Source: Erysipelothrix inopinata (GTDB taxonomy: Bacteria; Bacillota_I; Bacilli_A; Erysipelotrichales; Erysipelotrichaceae). Taken from it: DNA of 32,000 nt. The notes beneath the pieces were generated by a model. That model searched no databases, was not told the DNA's origin, and saw nothing but the letters and a program-made list of their open reading frames with translations. The stretch lies in NCBI RefSeq assembly GCF_014396165.1, contig NZ_CP060715.1, forward strand, positions 810,001 through 842,000, read 5' to 3'. Shown here one piece after another: positions 24,964 through 32,000 of the stretch (its first letter is position 1; each line of letters starts with the position of its first letter). The position numbers and the translations under genes are program-made.

Positions 24964-24992
24964 TTGAAATTATTTCGAAACCGAAATAATAT
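24964..24992 (+). promoter_or_regulatory. Promoter TTGAAA-17-TAATAT whose spacer is a perfect 9-4-9 palindrome (candidate MhqR/MarR operator)
   Basis: -35 TTGAAA at 24964-24969 and -10 TAATAT at 24987-24992. The inverted repeat ATTATTTCG-aaac-CGAAATAAT is at 24969-24990. GGAGG at 25007-25011 and ATG at 25020. Confidence 0.6.
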
Positions 24993-25019
24993 AGTGGTAA
25001 CAAGACGGAGGTAAACAAC

Positions 25020-26108
25020 ATGAAAGTACAAGGAATTCATCACATCTCATCAATAGTAGGACATGCGCAAAAGAATATTGATTTCTATGCAAGTGTTTTG
25101 GGATTGAGATTAGTGAAAAATACTTTAAATTACGATGACCAATACAGCTACCATTTCTACTATGGAAATCGTGATGGAAGTTCAGGACTAACTACAACGT
25201 TTCCTATGACGGATAGTATTGAAGGTCATTCAGGAAGTGGACAAGTTGATACACTTGTTTATGCCGTGCCGTCAGGAAGTTTTGAGTTTTGGCATAATAG
25301 ATTAGTGGAATTTGGGTTTAAACCCTATTATTATGATCGATTTGGTATGAAGAGGCTCGCATTTTCTGATCCAGATGGATTAGAAATCGAAATGATCGAA
25401 GTAAACCGATTTGATGAAAGTGCGTGGGAATACAATGGAATTACGAAAGAAGTCGCAATAATTGAAATTACAGGTTCAATTCTATTCTCGAATAATCCAC
25501 CACAATCATTAAAATTACTTGTCGATGGATTAGGCTATCAACTTATCAATGAAGATGAAGAATTTTATTTATTAAAAATTAATGATCAGTTCTTATATTT
25601 GAATAAGCAAATAATGGCCCGTGGAAGAATGGGAATTGGTAGTGTTCATCATATTGCATTTAAAGTGGACAATGAAGAAATAGCATTGTGGCATCAGAAA
25701 CTAATCGATTTAGGTATGAAGCCTACAGAAATAAAAAATAGAAAATACTTTAAATCAATTTACTTTAGAGAACCCGGTGGAGTATTAATAGAACTTGCCA
25801 CTGAAGGACCTGGCGTACTCATTGATGAAACAGTAGAGAGATTAGGGTCGAACTTATTGATGCCGCCTCACTTCAAAGAATATGAGGATGAAGTTCGCGA
25901 AAAACTAATGCCTGTGACAGTAAGAGAAGTATCAAAACTAGAAGGTTATGGTTATCGAGATCGTTATGAACATGACCTACTTGTTAAGAAACAAAGAGTT
26001 AAAGAAGAACTTACATACTTACTTAGAAAATCTAAAACAGGATCGCTATCTGAGGAAGAAAAAGAAACATTGAAAACACTAAGACAAGATTTCATTACAT
26101 TAAGATAA
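25020..26108 (+). CDS. Ring-cleaving dioxygenase, VOC/glyoxalase superfamily (MhqA/E/O-like), with a charged ~55-aa C-terminal extension
   Basis: GIHHISSIVGHAQKNIDFYASVLGLRLVKNTLNYDDQYSYHFYYGN and a second VOC module GSVHHIAFKV...YFKSIYFREPGGVLIELAT. The tail is rich in K/E (KKQRVKEELTYLLRKSKTGSLSEEEKETLKTLRQDF). Confidence 0.8.
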   Translation: MKVQGIHHISSIVGHAQKNIDFYASVLGLRLVKNTLNYDDQYSYHFYYGNRDGSSGLTTTFPMTDSIEGHSGSGQVDTLVYAVPSGSFEFWHNRLVEFGFKPYYYDRFGMKRLAFSDPDGLEIEMIEVNRFDESAWEYNGITKEVAIIEITGSILFSNNPPQSLKLLVDGLGYQLINEDEEFYLLKINDQFLYLNKQIMARGRMGIGSVHHIAFKVDNEEIALWHQKLIDLGMKPTEIKNRKYFKSIYFREPGGVLIELATEGPGVLIDETVERLGSNLLMPPHFKEYEDEVREKLMPVTVREVSKLEGYGYRDRYEHDLLVKKQRVKEELTYLLRKSKTGSLSEEEKETLKTLRQDFITLR

Positions 26109-26118
26109 GGAGAATACT

Positions 26119-27111
26119 ATGAAAGACTTACAATTAGGAGGAATCCATCACGTTACTGCGATTACAAGCAGTGCTCCCAAAATTTATGATTTTTTTACCG
26201 ATATCCTTGGTATGAGACTGGTCAAGAAGAATGTTAATCAAGATGATTTAACAACCTACCACCTCTTCTTTGCAGATGATCGTGGAAACCCAGGAACTGA
26301 TATGACTTTCTTTGATTTCAAAGGTATTGGACAACATGTTGAAGGAAATGAGGATATCTCAAAAACTTCATTCAGAGTGGATACTCATGAAGCTTTAGAA
26401 TATTGGGTGAAACGTCTCGATCATTTTGAAGTAAAACACTCAGGAATTAAAAAGAGATTTGGTCGAAAATTTCTAGACTTCGTCGATTTTGATAACCAAC
26501 ATTACACCATCGTTTCTGATGAAGGTGTAGCAGGTGTTGCTCCGGGTGAACCTTGGTATAAAGGACCCGTCCCCAATGAATATGCTATTCGTGGATTAGG
26601 ACCTATTTTCTTAACAGTAAGTGATGAAGAATTGATGAATACGATTCTTGTCGACTTGATGAAAATGAAGCGGGTACAAAAAGAAGAATCTCTAATTCTC
26701 TACGAAATGGGTGATGGCGGAAACGGAGGGAGTGTAATTGTTGAAGTGAGTGACATTGATACTGTAGCAATGCAAGGTTATGGTGGTGTTCACCACGTAG
26801 CATTCAGAGTTAAAGACCGTGAGGAACTCAATCAATGGACACAGTTCTTTAATCAATTACAAATACCGAATTCAGGATATGTTGATAGATTTTACTTTAA
26901 GTCACTTTACATTCGCCTTTACCCAAATATCTTGTTTGAGATTGCGACAGATGGACCAGGATTTATTGATGATCAAGAATCTTACGAAGTGCTGGGAGAA
27001 ACACTAACATTACCACCACACTTAAGAAATCGAAGAGAATATGTTGAAAAACATCTGAAGACATTTGATTCTGTAAGAAGTACCAAATCATACGAAAAGG
27101 AATACTTCTAA
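26119..27111 (+). CDS. Ring-cleaving dioxygenase, VOC/glyoxalase superfamily (second MhqA/E/O-like paralog)
   Basis: GIHHVTAITSSAPKIYDFFTDILGMRLVKKNVNQDDLTTYHLFFADDRGNPGT and GVHHVAFRV...YFKSLYIRLYPNILFEIATDGPGF. RBS AAGGAGA. It lies 10 nt after the previous stop. Confidence 0.85.
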   Translation: MKDLQLGGIHHVTAITSSAPKIYDFFTDILGMRLVKKNVNQDDLTTYHLFFADDRGNPGTDMTFFDFKGIGQHVEGNEDISKTSFRVDTHEALEYWVKRLDHFEVKHSGIKKRFGRKFLDFVDFDNQHYTIVSDEGVAGVAPGEPWYKGPVPNEYAIRGLGPIFLTVSDEELMNTILVDLMKMKRVQKEESLILYEMGDGGNGGSVIVEVSDIDTVAMQGYGGVHHVAFRVKDREELNQWTQFFNQLQIPNSGYVDRFYFKSLYIRLYPNILFEIATDGPGFIDDQESYEVLGETLTLPPHLRNRREYVEKHLKTFDSVRSTKSYEKEYF

Positions 27112-27112
27112 T

Positions 27113-27553
27113 ATGGAACAGAAACTTAAAACTCTCATCATATTATTCAAGGCACAAGAAACTGTTGAACGAAGTGTTAAGAAGTCACTAGAATGTTCAA
27201 ATCTAACGGTCAATGAGTTTGCAGCAATGGAAGCGTTGTATACGAAGCATTGCTTAACTACACAAGAATTAATTGATGCAGTTTTAATTCCGAATAGTAG
27301 TATGACATATGTACTCGATACATTAAAAGCAAAAGATTATATTCAAAGAATAAGAAAACCTGAGGATAAACGAATTCAGTCAATTTCGTTAACAGAATCC
27401 GGGAATAAGGTATTTGAAGATGTCTACCAACATCATTACGAATATATGAAAGAAATATTTGAGATTCTAGATCCAGAAGAGGAAGTTCAACTTCAGGAGT
27501 TATTAAAGAAACTTGGAAAGTTTGCAGAGGAAAAAAATTATGATAAACGTTAA
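27113..27553 (+). CDS. MarR-family transcriptional regulator (MhqR-like by context)
   Basis: 146 aa with a winged-helix pattern (LTVNEFAAMEALY...TTQELIDAVLIPNSSMTYVLDTLKAKDYIQRIRKPEDKRIQSISLTESG). It starts 1 nt after the dioxygenase stop, so translation is probably coupled. Confidence 0.85.
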   Translation: MEQKLKTLIILFKAQETVERSVKKSLECSNLTVNEFAAMEALYTKHCLTTQELIDAVLIPNSSMTYVLDTLKAKDYIQRIRKPEDKRIQSISLTESGNKVFEDVYQHHYEYMKEIFEILDPEEEVQLQELLKKLGKFAEEKNYDKR

Positions 27554-28127
27554 AAGAGAAGGTAGCAACGAAAATTTAATGATTTTACTCCATGGCACTG
27601 GAGGCGATGCGACCAGCTTGTTTGACCTTGCAGCAATGATAGATCCACATGCAACTTATGTAGGAATTCAAGGTAATGTTGATGAAAACGGAGTCACACG
27701 TTATTTCAAACGTTATCCAAATGGACAGTTTGATTTAAAAAGTCTCGCTAAAGAAACTTATGAATTGAAAAATGAAATCGATAGGATTATTGCAGCAAAT
27801 TCTGAGTTAAAAAAAGTAATTGTTCTTGGGTATTCTAATGGCGCGAATATCGCTCAAAATATTATGAAAGAGTTTGATGTATCATGGGATACAGTGCTTC
27901 TATTTCATCCGGTGAATGTCCGACCAGAAGTACCGTTCAAATATCAACCAAGCCAAGTTCTGATTACCTATGGTGATAAGGACCCTTACGTAAGTAAAGA
28001 GAACTATCAAGCATTCAAAGAACTGTTAAAACAAGCAAACATTAAATATGATGAAGTTGTTCATGATTATGGACATTCATTAATTAAAGAAGAAATAGAT
28101 GCAGCGATTGCTTTATTAAATAAATAA
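27540..28127 (+). CDS. Phospholipase/carboxylesterase-family alpha/beta hydrolase (MhqD-like)
   Basis: LMILLHGTGGDATSLF, nucleophile elbow VLGYSNGANIA, YGDKDPYV, DYGHSL. The ATG at 27540 lies 9 nt after GAGG and overlaps the MarR 3' end by 14 nt. The track start at 27513 has no SD. Confidence 0.8.
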   Translation: MINVKREGSNENLMILLHGTGGDATSLFDLAAMIDPHATYVGIQGNVDENGVTRYFKRYPNGQFDLKSLAKETYELKNEIDRIIAANSELKKVIVLGYSNGANIAQNIMKEFDVSWDTVLLFHPVNVRPEVPFKYQPSQVLITYGDKDPYVSKENYQAFKELLKQANIKYDEVVHDYGHSLIKEEIDAAIALLNK

Positions 28128-28146
28128 AAGAAAGAGGAAGAGAAAA

Positions 28147-28689
28147 ATGAAAATAGGAATAATTTTAGGAAGTATCCGTGAAGGACGAAATGGCGAAGCA
28201 GTAGCAAAATGGACTTTAGATTTCGCTCAAAAACGACAAGATGGTGTTGAATATGAACTAGTTGACTTAAAAGATTATGATTTACCATTACTTGGATTGG
28301 CTCCAACAGATGCACAAGCCGCTTCTATCAAAGCATGGTCAGAAAAAATGGCATCATTTGATGGTTATATTATCGTAACTGCAGAATATAATCGTGCGGT
28401 TCCAGGAGCATTAAAAAATGCCCTAGATTACTTGCAACCCGAACTCCACAATAAATCAGTTGGTTTTGTAGCATACGGTGGACTAGGCGGACTTGCAGCA
28501 ATTCAATCCTTGCGTTTAACATTAGCAGAACAAGAACTTGCGGATGTAAGAACAATGGTTACATTCTCACTTATGACAGACTTTGAAAATATGTCAGTAT
28601 TTAAACCTCATGCATATCATGAGGGAAATGCAACAAAGATGATGGATCAAGTGACATCTTGGGCAAAAGCGTTAAAAACAATTCGTTAA
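28147..28689 (+). CDS. NADPH-dependent FMN reductase family flavoprotein (quinone/azo-reductase type)
   Basis: MKIGIILGSIREGRNGEAVAKW..., IIVTAEYNRAVPGALKNALDYL, FVAYGGLGG. 180 aa. RBS AGAGGAAG. Confidence 0.85.
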   Translation: MKIGIILGSIREGRNGEAVAKWTLDFAQKRQDGVEYELVDLKDYDLPLLGLAPTDAQAASIKAWSEKMASFDGYIIVTAEYNRAVPGALKNALDYLQPELHNKSVGFVAYGGLGGLAAIQSLRLTLAEQELADVRTMVTFSLMTDFENMSVFKPHAYHEGNATKMMDQVTSWAKALKTIR

Positions 28690-28690
28690 C

Positions 28691-28729
28691 AAAAAGGAGA
28701 AATAGCCGGAATGGTTATTTCTCTTTTTT
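28691..28729. terminator. Bidirectional terminator; its right arm contains the last codons and stop of the minus-strand gene 28715-29458
   Basis: A5-GGAGAAATAGCC-ggaat-GGTTATTTCTC-T6 (28691-28729), a long stem with A- and T-tracts on opposite sides. Confidence 0.8.
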
Positions 28730-29458
28730 ATAAAATATTGAAATAATAACAAGAATTATTGCACCCATTGCAAATACGAAAATAATGATTGGAAATGAAA
28801 AAATTCGCAGGAAACTTGATTGGTTTCTTTCATCATAGTTAGATTTGTTTAAGTTACGGAAATCCTCAAACTCGATAACTTCCCATTCGTTGATGGAATT
28901 ATTGAAAGGTTTGTGACTTTGTTTGATTGGAATGATAGCTTCGGATTCAGGGAAATATATAAAATATGAATCATAATTGGGTGAATAATAATAAACTAAA
29001 CCTTCAGGATTTAAATGATGGCTGTCAATCAAGGACTGAAGGCGAGATGTATCAACTGGAAGTGTGAGTTTATCGACATTCTCGTTAGCAAGTTCGATTG
29101 TATTAATCGCCATAGTATCATTTTCATTCTTAGAGAAAACGACTTTGTTACCGATGTCAGTGAGCACAAAGTAATATCGATATTGAACAATTGAGTTCAA
29201 TGAACCTGTATCGTAAAGTGTTTCGGAAATATCCTGAGTTCCACCTGTGGTAGTAGTTTGTACTTCGCCAGTAAGATTGCCATAATGGTGATTATCATTT
29301 TTCATAAATTGATGGTAGTATTCAATACTATCCTGAATGTTATTAATATCTTCAGCTTGAGTCGCAGAGAATTCATCAATAGTAGGTTCCTCAGCCCAGA
29401 TGCTAAAAGGTGAGGCAAGTAAGGACAGTAGTAGTAAAAAAATCGCTGTTTTTTTCAT
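28715..29458 (-). CDS. Hypothetical exported protein with a signal peptide and a C-terminal TM anchor
   Basis: MKKTAIFLLLLSLLASPFSIWA then EEPT. The C-terminus is FLRIFSFPIIIFVFAMGAIILVIISIFYKKEK. The ATG at 29458 lies 7 nt after GAGAGG, whereas the track ATG at 29464 is too close to the SD. No family recognised. Confidence 0.7.
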   Translation of the reverse strand: MKKTAIFLLLLSLLASPFSIWAEEPTIDEFSATQAEDINNIQDSIEYYHQFMKNDNHHYGNLTGEVQTTTTGGTQDISETLYDTGSLNSIVQYRYYFVLTDIGNKVVFSKNENDTMAINTIELANENVDKLTLPVDTSRLQSLIDSHHLNPEGLVYYYSPNYDSYFIYFPESEAIIPIKQSHKPFNNSINEWEVIEFEDFRNLNKSNYDERNQSSFLRIFSFPIIIFVFAMGAIILVIISIFYKKEK

Positions 29459-29480
29459 AAACATACCTCTCTTTACCTAT

Positions 29481-29489
29481 ATTATACCA
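29481..29489 (-). promoter_or_regulatory. Extended -10 promoter TGgTATAAT for 28715-29458
   Basis: The revcomp of 29481-29489 is TGGTATAAT, about 23 nt upstream of the ATG at 29458 and downstream of the terminator at 29506-29551. Confidence 0.5.
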
Positions 29490-29505
29490 AAGTCGTAGAA
29501 ACTGT

Positions 29506-29551
29506 ATAAAAAATCTGTCACATTCTTGCTACAGTAGCAACAGTGTGACAG
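29506..29551 (-). terminator. Two-tiered intrinsic terminator after the antiterminator gene
   Basis: Minus-strand RNA reads CUGUCACA-cug-UUGCUA-cug-UAGCAA-gaa-UGUGACAG followed by AUUUUUUAU. Plus-strand coordinates of the arms are 29515-29522, 29526-29531, 29535-29540 and 29544-29551. Confidence 0.8.
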
Positions 29552-29562
29552 TTATATATATA

Positions 29563-30432
29563 TTACTGAGAAGGATTTTCATCATACTCAATCGGATCGC
29601 CAAGAATGTTTACAAGATGAATAACTAAGTATGACAGTTCATTGTTATCCAATTGAATATTCATTTCTTTATTGATCATTTCTATTATCTTACCCGCAAT
29701 TTCTACATGTGTCGGGTAAGCACTTATAAGTGCTTCATTAACACCGCTTGATAATGTGCGTTTGTTGGCGAGAGCTCCCTCAATAATAAATCGAATATGA
29801 GTTAAGAAACGTGAATAGTGAACCGTGTTTCGATCAAACTTGACATGGTATGTTAAGTCTAGAAGTTCGTTAATGTCACCAATCAAAACATTGAGTGCAT
29901 CCAATTGTGTTGAAGCATGTTTACTTGTGAGATTTTCAATATGTAATGCGATATAGGTTAACTCTGCTTCGGGAATTTTGAGATCATGTTTTGACTCGAT
30001 AGTTTTAGCAAGCTCTACGGCACGATCATAAGATTGTGGATATAAAGCTTTTATTTCTAAACTAAAGAAGGAAACAATCGGTTCACCTCTCAAAATCCGT
30101 GTATATGCAGCGGCAAGATGATCTGATAAGGTTATAAAATGTTGTGTTTGAAGTTCACGATATCCGTGGGATCCAATTGCAGCAACAGTGTCCATAACCA
30201 TGTCGACGATATGGTCATCAAAGCCATTAATAATACGATTAAATTCATTAGTCTGTGTTAATAACTTGTACATCTTATCATACTCAACGCCACGTTTTAA
30301 TGTGTCGTTAGGTTTCAGACCAAAAGCAATACCTTTCCCCATAATAACAACTTCAAAGAATAAGTCTGAAGCAATTAAGGAGCTGTTGTTTAAGATACGT
30401 TTCACCTTGTAATTTCGATTTAATGTATTCAT
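29563..30432 (-). CDS. BglG/LicT/SacY-family transcriptional antiterminator (CAT RNA-binding domain plus two PRDs)
   Basis: The N-terminus KVKRILNNSSLIASDLFFEVVIMGKGIAFGLKPNDTL is CAT-domain like. The PRD histidine contexts are ELTYIALHIENL and ELSYLVIHLVNI. 289 aa. RBS GGAGGAC. TATAAT (revcomp of 30458-30463) lies upstream. Confidence 0.85.
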   Translation of the reverse strand: MNTLNRNYKVKRILNNSSLIASDLFFEVVIMGKGIAFGLKPNDTLKRGVEYDKMYKLLTQTNEFNRIINGFDDHIVDMVMDTVAAIGSHGYRELQTQHFITLSDHLAAAYTRILRGEPIVSFFSLEIKALYPQSYDRAVELAKTIESKHDLKIPEAELTYIALHIENLTSKHASTQLDALNVLIGDINELLDLTYHVKFDRNTVHYSRFLTHIRFIIEGALANKRTLSSGVNEALISAYPTHVEIAGKIIEMINKEMNIQLDNNELSYLVIHLVNILGDPIEYDENPSQ

Positions 30433-30498
30433 AGGTCCTCCATAATTAGACAGTTCTATTATACACTAAAATACAAAGTTTATAGCGAAACACTGAAA

Positions 30499-32000
30499 CT
30501 ATCGTTTATGATTAAGTCGTTTATTTTTTAATACAAATAGGAATCCTGCACTAATTAGAACCGAACCAATTATGTATAATGAAGTATTGTTATTAAGTCC
30601 AGTTGATGGAAGGGGGTTGTTTTCTTCTTTAGTTCCGTCAGGAGTTTTAGGCTCCTTAGTATCAGGTTTTTCAATTGGATCAACTGGATCAATGATTTCA
30701 ATTTCTTTTAGGTTGTCATAACTTTCAAGTAACGAATGCAATGCTTCTTTTAAGTCATCATTTGTAAGTTGCGGTTGGTCAAGTGTTATTTCGTCAAGTA
30801 TAGAAGAAGCATTATCATAAGCTAATTTATATTCTTTATAACTTTCTTCGGTATATTTACTTTCTTCAACGCCACTTGTTTTAGCATGTGCATCTTTGAG
30901 CTGTTGAATCAGTTCATTATCCAGTGTTGCTGGTTTTGTAAAAGAACCGAGCACACTTTGATCAAGATACTTAGTATCGTTTTCATATGTTTCTTTGAGA
31001 AGTGGGATAATATCTTGAATTTCTTTTGAGTTCCAGAGTGTTTTCGCATCGTCGTTACTGTGTGAGTATGTTTCTACAACATGGAATAATGCACGTACGG
31101 CATTTCTCTTTGATGCAGAAGATGTTTCTGAAACATTAGAAATTTCACCAAGAGTTAGCCCTTTAAGATATTCCATAGTTGATTCGTCACTACCTAAACC
31201 AAGTGCTTGATAGACCGTGTTAGTCACAGGGCCATAGGAATTGGTATTGAAGTTAGCAGTGTAGAATGCATCTGTTTCGCGATTCATGATCGGTGTATTT
31301 CGTGAGTTGGTCATGAGTGCAATGACTACGTTATTATCAGGATCAATGACGGTCACGGTCCCTGTCCATCCAGTATGTCCAACTGTTTTATCACTGGTGT
31401 AGTCAGAGAATGCCCATTTATAGAGTTGAGATTCACCAGCACGACGCCAACCCAGTGCATATGTATCTTGATTTCCTACATTTCCATAAGGAGTGGTGAA
31501 TGTATCAATGACTTCGGGGCTAAAGAAACTGTTGTTTCCCATTCCGCCATTGTTTAACATGACTTGAGCCATCGTAGCAATGTCTCCAGCATTTCCAAAC
31601 AGTCCGGCATGACCACTAATTCCATTCATTGTATAGAATGCTTTTTCGTCATGGACCTCGCCTTGTACGACACCATGGCGAACATTTGAGAAGGTATAAC
31701 GGCCATCACGAGTATTTCCATGGACCTCAGAAGCGGTAACTTGATCTTTAGTGAATCCATTTTGTAATGGATTAAATGTTACAGATTTTAAGCCTAAAGG
31801 CGTCGTGAAATTTTCACGAACATAGGTATCTAAACGTTGTCCAGTTATTTTTTCGACAACAGCTCCTAAGAGCATGAAATCTGTATCAGAGTAAACGTTA
31901 CCTGTTCCTGGAACAGTTGTAAGTTTCGTTTTTAACATCATCTCTAATGCGTGATTACGATTTTGTGTGAATAGTGGATTTCGATCTAAATTTGGATCGT
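30499..32000 (-). CDS. LPXTG-anchored serine hydrolase of the beta-lactamase/PBP4*-type fold; 5' end outside window
   Basis: The frame stays open upstream of the M at 31941 to the window edge (...DPNLDRNPLFTQNRNHALEMM...). Motifs are YSDTDF (YxN-type) and GHTGWTG (KTG-type); the SxxK motif is expected upstream of the window. A helical spacer follows, then IIDPVDPIEKPDTKEPKTP, LPSTG, a helix and KNKRLNHKR. Confidence 0.8.
   Translation of the reverse strand, partial: DPNLDRNPLFTQNRNHALEMMLKTKLTTVPGTGNVYSDTDFMLLGAVVEKITGQRLDTYVRENFTTPLGLKSVTFNPLQNGFTKDQVTASEVHGNTRDGRYTFSNVRHGVVQGEVHDEKAFYTMNGISGHAGLFGNAGDIATMAQVMLNNGGMGNNSFFSPEVIDTFTTPYGNVGNQDTYALGWRRAGESQLYKWAFSDYTSDKTVGHTGWTGTVTVIDPDNNVVIALMTNSRNTPIMNRETDAFYTANFNTNSYGPVTNTVYQALGLGSDESTMEYLKGLTLGEISNVSETSSASKRNAVRALFHVVETYSHSNDDAKTLWNSKEIQDIIPLLKETYENDTKYLDQSVLGSFTKPATLDNELIQQLKDAHAKTSGVEESKYTEESYKEYKLAYDNASSILDEITLDQPQLTNDDLKEALHSLLESYDNLKEIEIIDPVDPIEKPDTKEPKTPDGTKEENNPLPSTGLNNNTSLYIIGSVLISAGFLFVLKNKRLNHKR

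Noticed and set aside
24827-25021. 64-aa minus-strand ORF spanning the operator repeats
   Set aside because: It is antisense to the end of 24530-24937 and to the mhq-type promoter, with no SD. The repeat and palindrome structure explains the sequence.
29506-29551. RAT (ribonucleic antiterminator) target for the adjacent BglG/LicT-type protein
   Set aside because: The hairpin has a RAT-like two-stem topology and some resemblance (UGUU..CUG...GCAAGAAU). However, it is itself the terminator rather than an alternative to one. The canonical GGAUUGUUACUG...GCAGGCAAAACC core is not matched. The downstream gene also has its own extended -10 promoter at 29481-29489.
1-32000. Mobile element, prophage or defence-island signatures
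   Set aside because: No transposase, integrase, recombinase, restriction/modification, toxin-antitoxin, nuclease/helicase or tRNA attachment-site features were seen in any frame. The only long repeats are intragenic coding repeats.

Overview
AT-rich Gram-positive (Bacillota-type) chromosomal segment, judged from GGAGG Shine-Dalgarno sites, TGnTATAAT extended -10 promoters and LPXTG sorting signals. It holds about 27 protein-coding genes. I found no rRNA, tRNA, CRISPR array, transposase, integrase or phage genes. The dominant theme is seven sortase-substrate (LPXTG) surface-protein genes built from shuffled modules: MucBP, Listeria-Bacteroides/Flg_new repeats, DUF285/BspA-type LRR, collagen-binding plus CnaB/SpaA fold, and a beta-lactamase-fold hydrolase. 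Four of them carry Pro-rich P-V-D/K/E wall-spanning linkers. The largest gene (7721-10912) carries eight in-frame 222-bp tandem units, seven of them nearly identical at nucleotide level. Interleaved with these are housekeeping genes (glpK, an RsuA-type pseudouridine synthase, NADH oxidase nox), a membrane-anchored NodB deacetylase, an amidohydrolase and a polytopic-membrane lipase. There is also a MATE exporter preceded by a promoter-leader-terminator (attenuator-like) arrangement, a bactofilin, a PhzF-family protein and an orphan BglG/LicT-type antiterminator. A five-gene MhqR-type quinone/hydroquinone detoxification operon (two VOC ring-cleaving dioxygenases, MarR, carboxylesterase, FMN reductase) has a perfect 9-4-9 palindromic operator filling its promoter spacer. 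I do not see a clear-cut new multi-gene system such as a defence island. The least-explained signals are regulatory: the MATE leader, recurrent TGTGAAAT boxes, a Rex-like palindrome and helically phased direct repeats. Also unexplained are an uncharacterised ~340-aa N-terminal adhesin domain present in two paralogs and a wall-anchored serine hydrolase. All domain calls come from reading the translations by eye, and no database search was run.
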